Source: Klebsormidium nitens (lineage: Eukaryota; Plantae; Klebsormidiophyceae). Taken from it: a stretch of DNA of 64,000 nt. Numbering within the stretch: position 1 is the stretch's first letter; every line of letters starts with the position of its first letter. Shown one piece after another: positions 1-10,837 of the stretch. The position numbers and the translations under genes are program-made. The notes under the pieces are model-generated. The model made no database searches. It was not told where the DNA came from and saw only the letters and a program-made list of their open reading frames with translations. The DNA lies in NCBI GenBank assembly GCA_000708835.1, contig DF237045.1, positions 1 to 64,000 on the forward strand. The letters run 5' to 3'.

Positions 1-444
1 TTAGCGAGCCGACAGTGGGCCAATACGCGGTTGTTCTATACTTGACAATTTAAGCTCGAGATTCTGTTGACAAAAGGTCAGGGAAGGCATTTCTTGAGAC
101 TTGACTGAACAGACTTTGCTGGTGCCAGCATGTGTTTGCCGCTTGCCCCTCTGCTGGAATCGATGACAAGAGCTCGCAAGCTCGAAGCATTTCAAGGAAT
201 GTCGTTGTCAAGGTGACAATCCACCAGCGCAGCGCTGCTCCAGAGCCGATGGGCTTGAATATAGCTGCAGGACGTGACTTGTGCTCGAAAAGCATGAACG
301 CAGCGAGGTGGAGAGAATTTTATGACCATTGCTGTGCAGCGATGGCGGTGGTGGTGCCAAGAGGCCATGAGCAGAAAGTCTTCAGCTGCTTGAGATAGCA
401 CTCCTCTTCTGTGGGCCTCACATTGGAAGCTTTCAATCCAGAAG

Positions 445-3400
445 ATGTCCATGAGTTGTGGGAAGCAGCTGGGCACGTTGTGGACTAGGCTGAGCTCGAC
501 TCATTGGAAAAGGGCACTCGTCCTTTCCGTATCACTTCTGCTCATATCTGGCATCTTCGGCAGCTTTCTAGCTGGACCTTTTCACATTGGTAGCGTCTCG
601 GAGCCTTCTACAGACTTCCAGCAGTATCGTTGAACTTGCTTTCCATTCTCACAACAGGACTGTCAGCATCTCAAAGTGCCCTTCTGGCGGAATCTTCAGT
701 TCACACCCAAAGGGCTGTCCAGCTTCAAGAGATTCAATCGCAGTACGTACAGGCAAAGAAGAGCAGCTTGGCATCTGCCTGGGAAGCATACAAAGAGACG
801 CACGCAACTGCTCTCAGAGAGCGTAAGCTCCTCTTGTACATTCCATACCAGTCTGGACAGGGCAACAGGCTTCTTGGCATCGTAACAGCGTTCATGCTGG
901 CTTTGATCAGTCACCGCGCCCTTTTGATTGACTACTGTAAGTGCATCCACACACTGGACACGTGCAAGTGTCAGTGGGGCGATCTCTTTAACCAACAGGA
1001 TATTGAGCTGGACGCAGTTAGCTTGATGGAAAAGGACTCTGGTTTGAAAATTACAATAAGGGATGAGAGCCTGACCCAAGTGGACTTCGTCTATGACGCA
1101 CTAGATCTGAATCTTGCTGACCTGGCAGACAGACCGGTGGTCTGGGGGAATGGATCCATGGACTGGACAGGTAAGTACCCCGCTACTTGTTACAAAGCTA
1201 GAAGTTCACAAATGGCGGTGCTGTGGTTGGCAGAATTCTTGACCCGCATGACGATCCTGACCATAGAGCTTATGTTTGGGCTGGCAGGCAGTTCAAATTC
1301 TACCCAAGCCTTCCTTCAAGCTCAATTACAGCATGATCTCGATTGGCCTTCCAGCTCAAGAGAGGGGTTCACTTTCAATCCCAGCAAGGTTGAGAAGCGG
1401 CCTGCAGTCATGATGATGGGAGAACCCAGCTGGCACAGTTGGTAAGGTGCTCCATGCCTTTCTTTCGGTCGTTTTTGCTGCTATATACAGCAAGCTTTCA
1501 ACACTAGCGACGATCTCAGCCCTGTTCGCAGTCGCTTGGCTTACACTGGGCAGTGTGGTATTATTGACTGGTTGAGACACCTTCACCTTTAGAATTCCCA
1601 CTCCACTGACAATCTCTTATTTCCATCCTCGTATTTGCAGCCCACTTATGGTTGGCCAACCCCCACCACAGGGAAACCCTGCGAGCACTGTTCCGGCCAG
1701 GATATGTTTTCCACGACGTTGCTCAGCTTCTAATGCGCCCTTCGAAAGCACTGAGAGATGTGCGAGATCATTGGGTAGAGACCAGGTTTCGACCGCTCAC
1801 GATAGGCGTACACGTCCGCATGATGAGCCTGGGCCGGTTGGTCCAGAAAACGGTGAGTCGCTGGATGCTTGACACGTGGCACTGCCAAAGCTGTAACGTA
1901 GGTCGGTAGGACCATTCCAGATTGTACGTGCTTAGGTATAATTAGCACGAAGTCGTTCAGAACAAAGTGATAGGTGAGACGATTTGTGGATCGAAAACTT
2001 CCTGGCTTATGAGCTGGATCACAGTCCAGCCACGAAATCTATTCTTGAGTGGACCTGCAGTGACACTCTTTTTATGTTTCTGAAGCCGTTGAGTCTGAGT
2101 ACTTCAGGTTGACTCAGCAATCCACCCGTCGATCTCTGCCACGTGGCAACGGACCGGTCAAAAGCACAGGATAGAAGCTGGAGGCATTCTGGTCAACGAA
2201 GCCGTCTAATGGCAAACGTGTTTGCGTGATGCAGGATCCGCAAGAGTATCTGCCACACTTCATGCACTTGGCAAGGTCCTTGCAAGTAAGGGATGAACGC
2301 GCAGACTAGAGCCGGTCGAAAATACAGTGCCTGCTACTCTTTCTCCGCTGCAAGCGTCTTTGCAGCGTGTAATGCTGTCTCATTCGTGCGCTTTCCTGCG
2401 AACGAATCTGCCCAGTCAAGGGGCCCGCAGTACTGCGACTGAACTGATCGCACAGCTCGTCGATTATCGATACGCTCTTGCCTGACGCTTAACTCTGAGT
2501 AGATTCTTGAGTGAAGCACAGTGCCGCCAGCGGATCTAGGTTCCGAGTGCGTATTCCTCCTTGGTCTGACTCTAGAAACGATTTAATGATGGAGTAAAAG
2601 CTTATAGTGACGTTCTCTTTCTGTACATCCAGATATCATGAGATCTTGAGACTTTGGTCAATATATGTCTCTTTCTTAGAGTCATCGTGGCGTTCCCGAC
2701 GAAAAGACGGCCATCTACCTTGCAACCGATCGGGTATATGTGCGTGAGGCATGGAAGAAGCATCTGGAAAACACGCGAGTGCCCTAAAGACATATGCGCA
2801 AGTGCTGGGCGGACGAGAGAGCTAGAAAAGGGGTCCAAACAAGAACTGCGCTTGGACAATATCGATCTATGGACTGGTAACTTTGAAGCGTCTTCAAAGA
2901 CATGCTACCAGCAACGACACTCGATTTCTGCTAAATGAAGCGGTTTGTAGCAGAACTGTAAGCTTCCTAGCTGGTCGAGAACCACCGTTCTCGCAGTCTG
3001 GCATCACTTCGTTTCCTTTCGTCGATCCTCTTGGATTGGACAATCGACCACTTAGGTGCTCGGACTTTTCGAAACTCTAGAAACGGAGCATTCCCGTCGA
3101 CTTACGCAGCAAGAAGCTCGTACGGAGCGGGAGCGGTTTGATCTTTCCCTGCGTTCCTCTGCGTTGATCTCGGATCTTGATTTTGGAAAGCGTTTACTGC
3201 GGTGAATATCTGCATTGCTGCACTCTCGTTTGTTTGATCCATCTGCAGTTCGATTGCTCTGCTCACTCAACCGGAAGAGCTGGTGTACACCAACCAAACC
3301 GCTTGGGAAGGGCTCGATCGAGAAACTAGAGAAGGGTTGCGGACTGCCGTACTGGAAATGCTCCTGCTGGGGGCGTCGGACGAGATCATAGGGACGCGGG

Positions 3401-3964
3401 CCAGTACGTTCAGCCACGTGGCAGCTGCGTTTGGAGGGTAAGCACAGCCGGCCAGACCTCTCCTGAATTACTCTGTTGCAAACATGGTGACCTACCGGCC
3501 AGATGCATTTTGAGGCTTTGCTAGTTCGTGGCTGCTGGTGTGTATTAAGAGAGAGGAGAGCGACTGTAAAAGAGCGTCAGGGAATGAGACGGTCAAGGAA
3601 TCGAATCCGGCTGCGTCAAGTCACCCTTGCTGATATGGAAGCGGCTGACCTGAAACTCAAAGATTCGTCCCGGTTAACCAAGTGGGGGGTCAAGGCACCT
3701 TGGTCCTGATGCATGCCTCTTTGAACGCTCTTATGGAACATCAGACTCTGCAGGTCTCATGTTTAATTCTCATCGACCTGTCTTGACTTTTCCAGAGTGC
3801 GACCATGGTTGATCGACCCTTTCAGAGGATACTACGGCTCCGCAACCTCCGACCCATGCTTTTGGAACGTCAAACCCCTGACAAACGAGTGGAAAGAACC
3901 CACAGCTCGCTGGTTTGACTTTGCGCCGGAGAGCTTTCTCCACTTTCCTTGCGCACATTTCTAA
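445..3964 (+). CDS. GT37 (xyloglucan/FUT1-type) alpha-1,2-fucosyltransferase-like type II membrane protein; multi-exon, with an apparent frameshift near 2171-2177
   Basis: N-terminal TM segment ALVLSVSLLLISGIFGSFLAG. GT37-like blocks: GQGNRLLGIVTAFMLALISHRALLID, VFHDVAQLLMRPS, IGVHVRM, LEAFWSTKPSNGKRVCVMQDPQEY, AVLEMLLLGASDEIIGTRASTFSHVAAAFGG, VRPWLI..TSDPCF. Phase-compatible GT-AG exons approx 445-589, 658-1170, 1641-1852, ~2118-2275, 3249-3437, 3796-3964; the 1853-2117 structure is unresolved. Confidence 0.85.
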
Positions 3965-4606
3965 TGTAGTGAGAGGTATCCTGCATACAGAATTATGGTT
4001 AGAAACGAGTTTGTGCTCCCACGAGTTGCTATCGCTTGAAACAGCAGACTGCCCTTAGAGTAGCAAGAACAACGACTGCTCACCTGGTACTGTAGCAGCT
4101 GAAGCTCGCTTGGAACACGCATATGAGGTCTTGATAACTTAACGGAATTGTCCTCACAACAGCTCTGACCAAATTATATAAACATTCAAGTGCATCAACG
4201 ATCATCTGTCAATAAACACGATGCAGACGAGTTGATTCTATGACTCGATCAGTTGGCAATGAGAACTTGACAGCCGCACACGAGCATTTCCGAAGTTCAG
4301 GCACAGGCCAACGTACTACTCCATGCAAAAGTTTGCCGCAAGGCTCGACTTGCCGATCGTTGAACTTTATTGGACAACGCAGGATATACGAGCCCCGCCA
4401 TCATTCGGAGCACATATTTCCAGGCATCCGACTTGAGTCCATTTTGACCCGGCAAGTTACATGGACGGTTGTACTGCTTGGATCGACGCCGCGCATACGA
4501 GAGCCGAAACTTGCATCGTTGATGATTAATTATAGAGCTATGCTAGCCGGGTCTATCAACGATCGCATCGAAACTATTCGCACCGTCCCAGCCACTCAGT
4601 GACGCA

Positions 4607-4804
4607 CATGCTCGAACCTCAAGCACTCATGCATGCTCCGCTTGCATGCGCACGCCGCCGCCTATGATGATCATGCATACGAGCCGCGCGGGCCCATGCA
4701 CGTGACTGAGAGTGACGTACGGCACGTCCGACATGGTACGTTAGTCAATCATCCCGAATGCCGTCAATCGCGATCTCCTCGGCAACTCAAACATGGCATG
4801 CATG
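4607..4804. other. CATG/RY-motif-rich intergenic island 1
   Basis: 10 CATG in ~200 bp (about 1 expected), several as CATGCA/TGCATG, plus CACGTG; lies between the convergent 3' ends of GT37 and GT47a. Confidence 0.6.
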
Positions 4805-5231
4805 TGCACCGTCGGATCCTCTTCGCCGTCGCTGAGAATGCAGAATCAAAGCTATAGTAGGAGTCGGAAATTCGAATGGCATAGGATAAGGTTGGTGACT
4901 CGTGAGGGGAAGGCGTGTCTCCCGCCGGCCCCATCCCTCTTTGTCTAGCATTTGGCGCGCCAGGCATGACAGACATGCTCAGTGAGTACGCTCAAACTTG
5001 GAAAGCATGCAACGTATTGGACAATGGAACCAGTTGTTCAACCAATATTGAGGATGGTCGAAATTGCACATCTCGACTTCGTGTCACCGTCAATCGCAAA
5101 GGGCACATGCACAGGGTACTTGTTGTTCCGCAGCCTACTAATACTCGCACTCAAAACGAGGTGAAAGCAGCCCCAGAAATTTGAATGAATCTTCCCTCCG
5201 ATCTCAGTCCGGCTTCAATGGCCGCTTCGTT

Positions 5232-8200
5232 TCATTGTAATCTATCCCGTATCTTCCGCAACGCAGCTTCAATAGCTACCTCGTATGCGCTCTCCCATCC
5301 AAGCAGAACTCTTCGATTCCCGTTACCTCCTGTAGTCGTTTCTACTGCGTGCAGCGTGCGATTAACGTTCCTGTAAACGAGCCGCGGCAGCAGTCTAGCA
5401 ATGAACTGGCGTTTCGCTAGGATCTCAGCTACCGGAAGTCTTTCTAACAACTCGATTACGTCACTACCTAGGTCAATTACGTCATCCTTTGGGATGAACA
5501 CAGCATATTGTTTGACGTCAGCCGGTAGGAACTCCGGGTACGGCACGCTCTCGTAAGAGAATATAACGGGAATGCACCCGGCCTGCAAACAGGAGAAGCG
5601 GACGTTCCAGATATTACCATTAAAAATGACCGCTAATAATTGCATTCCTGTAAAGACGAGCTGTGCATACGTTGGCTGATGTATGTGTCCGCTTGAGTCC
5701 ACCTGCCACGTGGAAACAGCAAGGCCGCCCAATTGGATACTGGAAGATGCGGCAATCGGAGCTCCTGGTCAAAAACTGAACGGTCAGTCCTACGGAAATT
5801 GAACTAACGGGACAAAGATGAGCGGTCGGGATCCATTCTTGAAAAGTATGCACAACGGTCGCGCAGAGACTTCTTTGTTTTTGCACATGTCCTCTCTCAC
5901 GAACGGAGTCTGCCAAGGTACCAAGTAGCGTTGCAGCACGCGCAGACGCTCAACCTTTTGATTGCGCCAAAGGCTGTCGAAAATGTGTCAGCGAAACCAA
6001 TCTGAGCACGGAAGTTTTGTCTGCGGCTGTTGTGACATGAAACTATCAGCACCATCGAAGAGTTTTTTTTTTACCAGGCTGCTTCGCCCAACTTCAATGT
6101 GCGCCGTTTAGTGAACTGATATCACCAGATCATCCGGGCGCAAGCATCGGACGGCTCGATCGGCGGCTGCTTTCGACAAAGCAGGGCCGGCAAAGCACGA
6201 GAGCACTGCAGGTTCAATCTGAATCTGGCTGAGATAGGATCCGACCACTTTACAGTGAAATCTGGCCGTTCGATGTTCCATCAAAACATTGGACGGCCTA
6301 AGTCCCCACACGTGTCCCAAACCTGGCAACCAGGTTTGGCCAGCTTTGGTGTGCAATTTGACCAGATAGGACCAGCTCTGAAGCGCAGTAAAAGGTGCGA
6401 AGGATGCATTATGATTCTCTAGAATAGGTATAGTAACTGGGACAGGTAGGGTTAGTATAGGGGTCAGGGTGGGTCGGGTGCAGAGGGGTGACTATTTGGG
6501 TTCAGCTTTTTTAGTGTTCGCTTCGTTCTTATTATAACTTGAGGAGAAGTATGGATGCATACCTGTAGAGCGTCGAAGATACCGCGGCGCGTTGGGGAGT
6601 CCCCCGGGGGTTGCAGGCAGAACGTGGAGCTCATATACAGCTCGAATTGATCGGCTATGGTGCACTCCTTGTTGCAGTCCAATAGCTTACACAATTTAGC
6701 GCGCGCGTCGCATTGCTCCTTGAGAGCGGCGCGCAGCTGGCGGCCGCTGTCGAGGCCCCATGTCCGATCCAACGATCCGGCGAAGCTCACCAGGATCGGA
6801 CGGTGGGAGGCTTGTATAAGAGCTTGGTGAGTATTGTGGTCGGCGAGAGAGACCGGGTGAAAGGCGGTCGGGTAGGGAACGTTCACCTGACAAGAAGGAA
6901 AAGGGATTGTTTATTTTTTTATCAATGACTTAGAAGGGAGTCGTCAAGTGCCATATTGAAAAAGGGGAAAGGTCAGAACGTTTCGCGCTGTAGAAGCCGG
7001 TCGGGGTGCGCAAACCAATCTTCGAGAACGTGAGGAAGTGCCTCTACAAAGAACAAGCGAACCGTGAGCCATTAATGCGACGTTCAAGTCCGGAACTCTT
7101 GACAGCTTCCCAACATGAGATCGGCCGTAAGAGTTGAGCAAGATTTGCAGCCGCCAAAGCGCACCGGGTCAATCAAAGCGGGGAGCGAATGGTTATCCTG
7201 AGCATCACGGGCACCGCGGTGCGCAGTAACAGCGGTAACAGCTGGTTGTGTCTACGCTGATCAAATCTGGGCATCTTTTGACGACCAAGCAACCTGCGAG
7301 TCAACGCGCGGATTGATCAACTCTCTTTCGGGTTTTGGTTTGGGTTGAAGGATCTTCGCCACTTTGGTCCCTCTGTTCACATTTATAGATGCAGAATACT
7401 TCAGATATTGCCTGCAATACGAACTTCGGATGCGATTTTCGACACACGAGGACGGCAGCAACAAGGAATCAGATGCGAACTCCTCCCAACCAACAGGGAA
7501 ACAAAGAACGAAACTGCAGCAGAGTGCTCACTTGACGATCTAGATGGTTGACGATGGGCTCAATGCCAATGATGGTCATGTCTTTGGTCACAGGCGTGTT
7601 GAGTAGGCCTGAGCTGCAGCAGGTCGAGTCGAGAACGCCAAAATTCGTCACGAAGCCCATTGCGAGAAAGTGGTCCCGGCCCCCGTTCCTGCATCCCGAT
7701 CGGGTTTCAGAGGGTTGGGTTTTTGAGGAGTTTCTGGCGTTGTGTGATGTTTATCTAGCTTTTCGGTTTGTGCGGTCAAGGTTATCAACCTCCTTTTAAT
7801 CCAAAACGCTGTGACGAACCTGAAGAAGACAGGAGAAGGTCCCCATGGCAGACAAGGGTGGGCGTTTGTGAGTGGATAAGCCGACAATCATCGGGCAGTG
7901 GATGGCTGCAGAGCAACGGGCGGCAGGGTTCAAGTGCCACTCATTACGGAGAAGAATAAACTCTAAAAAAGCGGCAAAGGTTCGCAAGGAGCTGAACAGG
8001 TGATGGTTTTTAGAAACGCTGTAAGCAGCTTGCGCAAAGAACGCTGGCCAAACAAGCTCTGAGAGCGGCCCCATTGGCAGCTCTTAACTTCGATGAGGGA
8101 CAGATGAACTTCGATGAGGGAAAGGTGCCAGGGAAAGTGCAAGTTCACTATAAGGCATAAGTGTTCTGGTGTAGAGTCTTTGTGTGAGCCCAGGCTTTGA

Positions 8201-10084
8201 GGCTTGACATTGAACGGATTCATTGTCCGTGCCAAAGGGTCGGTATGACCCAAAGTGCTTGGTGTTTATTGCGCGGCCTTTCTGCCGAGTCAAGAGCCCA
8301 GAGTTCTCGAAAAAATGTTCAGAACAGAATTGAACTCCAAATTGAACTCCAAATTTGGCAAAAACGAACGACAGATGGAGCCTCGACTTTCTCTGCCGCT
8401 CTCCAACCGCATCGACTCACCTTTCTACGTACGGCAGTCGCCTGAGCCATTCGTCGAACTCCCAGCCTAATCGAAGCAGTGTTGGGGGTTGGGGGCAGTT
8501 TTCCGTCTCGGGACACTCCTTTGAGGTGTGGATATGAAACTGGATGCCTGCATAAAGCGGCACGTAGAACGCAGCAGCGGATTGTGGGTTGGTCGTTCGG
8601 CAGGGGTACAGGTTCATCATGTACTGCGAAGGTCGGGCAAAAGGAACGGTGAAACTCATAGTTATCTTAGAAACGTGCACTTGTTGTGCATTTTGCCTGA
8701 GAGCCTATGGTTGCAATCGCATCAGCTTTCCGTAACGCCCGAACGACAGCTGTGGTTTTCAGATTGACACCGTTTCTGTCGTTACTCGTTGCAAGACAAA
8801 GCCCCTAGAGTTTCAGTGGCCTTAAGGGTGTTGCAACATTCGGATTCTGGTAGGCTTCTGAGTGGCCTTAAAGATGTGCAACATTCGGATTCTGGTTCTG
8901 GTTTCTAAGCAGAAGAGAAGTTGCATAAGCCCCAATGATGCGCTATGACAATATCCAGTTGGTAACTATTCTTGAATCCTGAAAAACACACCAGTCAAAA
9001 CGACACACAGCCCCAACTGCTGTCCAGAGCCAAGAATCTGTTTAGTACAGAATCTCAAAGTGGTCCCTTCTGAAGGGACCAGGGTCAAAGACACACAAGT
9101 AACTCTCACATGGTGGTATATAAGCTCAAGCGCGTGCTGGCCTGTGTCAGCCCAGAGCCTGGGATCGCTTCCCAGAGCAGAAAACTTCTCGTCCCGGAGA
9201 GGCGGGCCAATGCCCCAATGCTCCGATGAGTAAGCAATACACGCATTGCGGGGGTGCGCCCAGTACCATCTCTCAGCGCATTCGTTGCTGTCGATGAGAC
9301 CATTGTTGAATTGAGGGGGGAGGTCGTAGACATACACGAGCTGGCTCGGATGGCAGCTGTGAACGAGGAAAGACCAGCCTAGAGATTATGGACTCTGTGG
9401 GGTTCACTTTTCGGTGAACTGAAGCTGCTGGAGTCAGCTGGGGTGGGGAACCTAAAAGCTGTTGACAGATACAAGCTGGTCCAAATAAGATCTCTTTAAA
9501 AGAGATCACGTGGGTTACATAGTCCTCTGTTCACATGCCCTTATCATTAGAGACTCGCTGATTGTGCTCAGCTTAGAAACAGTCAGGAGCTGAAGCTGCT
9601 GAACCGAGAGAAACCTATGCAACTGAAATGTATGTTAAACATTTGCGGAAATGACCAGCATCGCAGACTGACTTCCAACAAGTTCCTGCAAGCAGTGGAA
9701 CTGCACCCAGCTCAGGCCTACATCGAACTCCTTTGAACGTATCTACTCCCTTGAGAGTGTCGAAGTCCAGCTCAGTCTTACAGTGTTTAGCTCAAGTGGA
9801 ACGTTTGAAGGCACATCAAATGCTAGCAACTGTTCAAGGAACTGGCACTGCCATCGGTTTCTTGCACTCATCAAGACTTCGTTTCCTTGCCTGCTCCTTG
9901 GGTGAACTGCAGCTCCCTGCTTCTCTGCAGGTTGGAAGCTTCCCAGACCCGCAGCTTCTGATGACATACCATCTACCTGACTTGATTCTCCACCAAATGT
10001 GAGCCGAGACTGTCTTACTACAACTTCGAGTGTGAAGCAACCGACTGCAAGGAACAGAAGAGGCAGCCTGCAGAGAACCTTCAT
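5232..10084 (-). CDS. GT47 exostosin-family glycosyltransferase, MUR3/XLT2 (GT47-A)-like, paralog a
   Basis: N-terminal hydrophobic anchor (MKVLCRLPLLFLAVGCFTLEVVV). Motifs VYVYDLPPQFN, DTGQHALELIYHH, YPCRTTNPQSAAAFYVPLYAG, NVPYPTAFHP, VSFAGS, STFCLQPPGDSPTRRGIFDALQ, AGCIPVIF, RLLPRLVY. Exons include ~9110-9356, 6563-6886 and 5232-5582. Confidence 0.9.
6420..6542 (-). mobile_element. Degenerate MITE copy (same family as 30721-30912) in a GT47a intron
   Basis: Reverse complement reads TATAATAAG..ACACTAAAAAAGCTGAACCCA..CTCTGCACCCGACCCACCCTGACCCCTATACTAACCCTACCTGTCCCAG, matching the interior of the 30.7 kb element; ends carry decayed GGTATA(A/G)TAA inverted repeats. Confidence 0.6.
8815..8896. 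repeat. 46-bp-period intronic tandem duplication; further short duplications at ~8087-8120 and ~8329-8355
   Basis: AGTGGCCTTAA...TGCAACATTCGGATTCTGGT occurs at 8815 and 8861; AACTTCGATGAGGGA x2; AATTGAACTCCAAATT x2. Confidence 0.8.
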
Positions 10085-10837
10085 ACTTCCATCCACATAT
10101 ATCTCTTCTACATTGAAGTTTTACTTCCAGGCAACCCAAGCCGCCCAGCCAAACAGAGAGATATGCTGCCTCCCTTGATGAACAAAGTAGACGAACGAAT
10201 CATTGGTTCGAAGCATTCACCATTAATTTAATCAATGAAGTTAAATTTATGTAGAAAAGGTTGGGGCGCTCATAAGCCTCATGATCAGCATCTCTTTGAC
10301 ACATTCAAAACCGGCAGCTAATGGCAAGACATTTATATACCTAGTCTACAGGAAGGGTCTGCTTAGACAGCACAACAACCGGCACAATCTCCAGGCCACG
10401 TATCTGATTTAAATTGGCTCTTATGCTTTTCATGTAATGTACCTGCAGATTTGGACTGAACGGCTAGCTTGACAAAGAAAAGCTCGAGACAAAGTTGGAC
10501 AAAGTCTTCAAAAAGAGGCTAGAGCCCTCTCTTGACAACGGTCCGCATCCAGCAGAGAGAAGCTTGAGAAGGAGAACCCTCTTTTGACAATTGTTGCATT
10601 GGTGGCTGCCTTGACAATAGGTCGTGCGTTTCATAATCTGCCCTTCGAAACTTCCATTTCATTTCGCGCTATAATAAGAGGTCCACTGTCAAGACGGCTG
10701 AGCAGGCTTGATGCGGGGCTGAGCTAGCTGCACCGTGCTGCAAAAGCATTACAAGTAGAAGAAGATGCACCGGGAAGCTCACGCATGATCAGCGAAGCCG
10801 CAATCTGTTTGGCGTTGTCCCGAGTGAGACGAGGTTT
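10085..10837. promoter_or_regulatory. Putative bidirectional promoter between the divergent GT47 paralogs
   Basis: ~750 bp separate the two inferred ATGs on opposite strands; positional inference only. Confidence 0.45.

Noticed and set aside
937-974. Possible 38-nt GT-AG intron in GT37
   Set aside because: Removal would shift a frame that is open and plausible through to the 1171 donor.
1171-1445. 3' part of ORF 630-1445 as coding sequence
   Set aside because: Splicing 1170>1641 restores the FUT1-like alignment (MDWTAHLWLANP), so this part is intronic.
1927-1950. Short hairpins enclosing GGTATAA here and at ~36465-36484, as possible MITE footprints
   Set aside because: Stems are only 6-7 bp and there is no other family sequence; compatible with chance.
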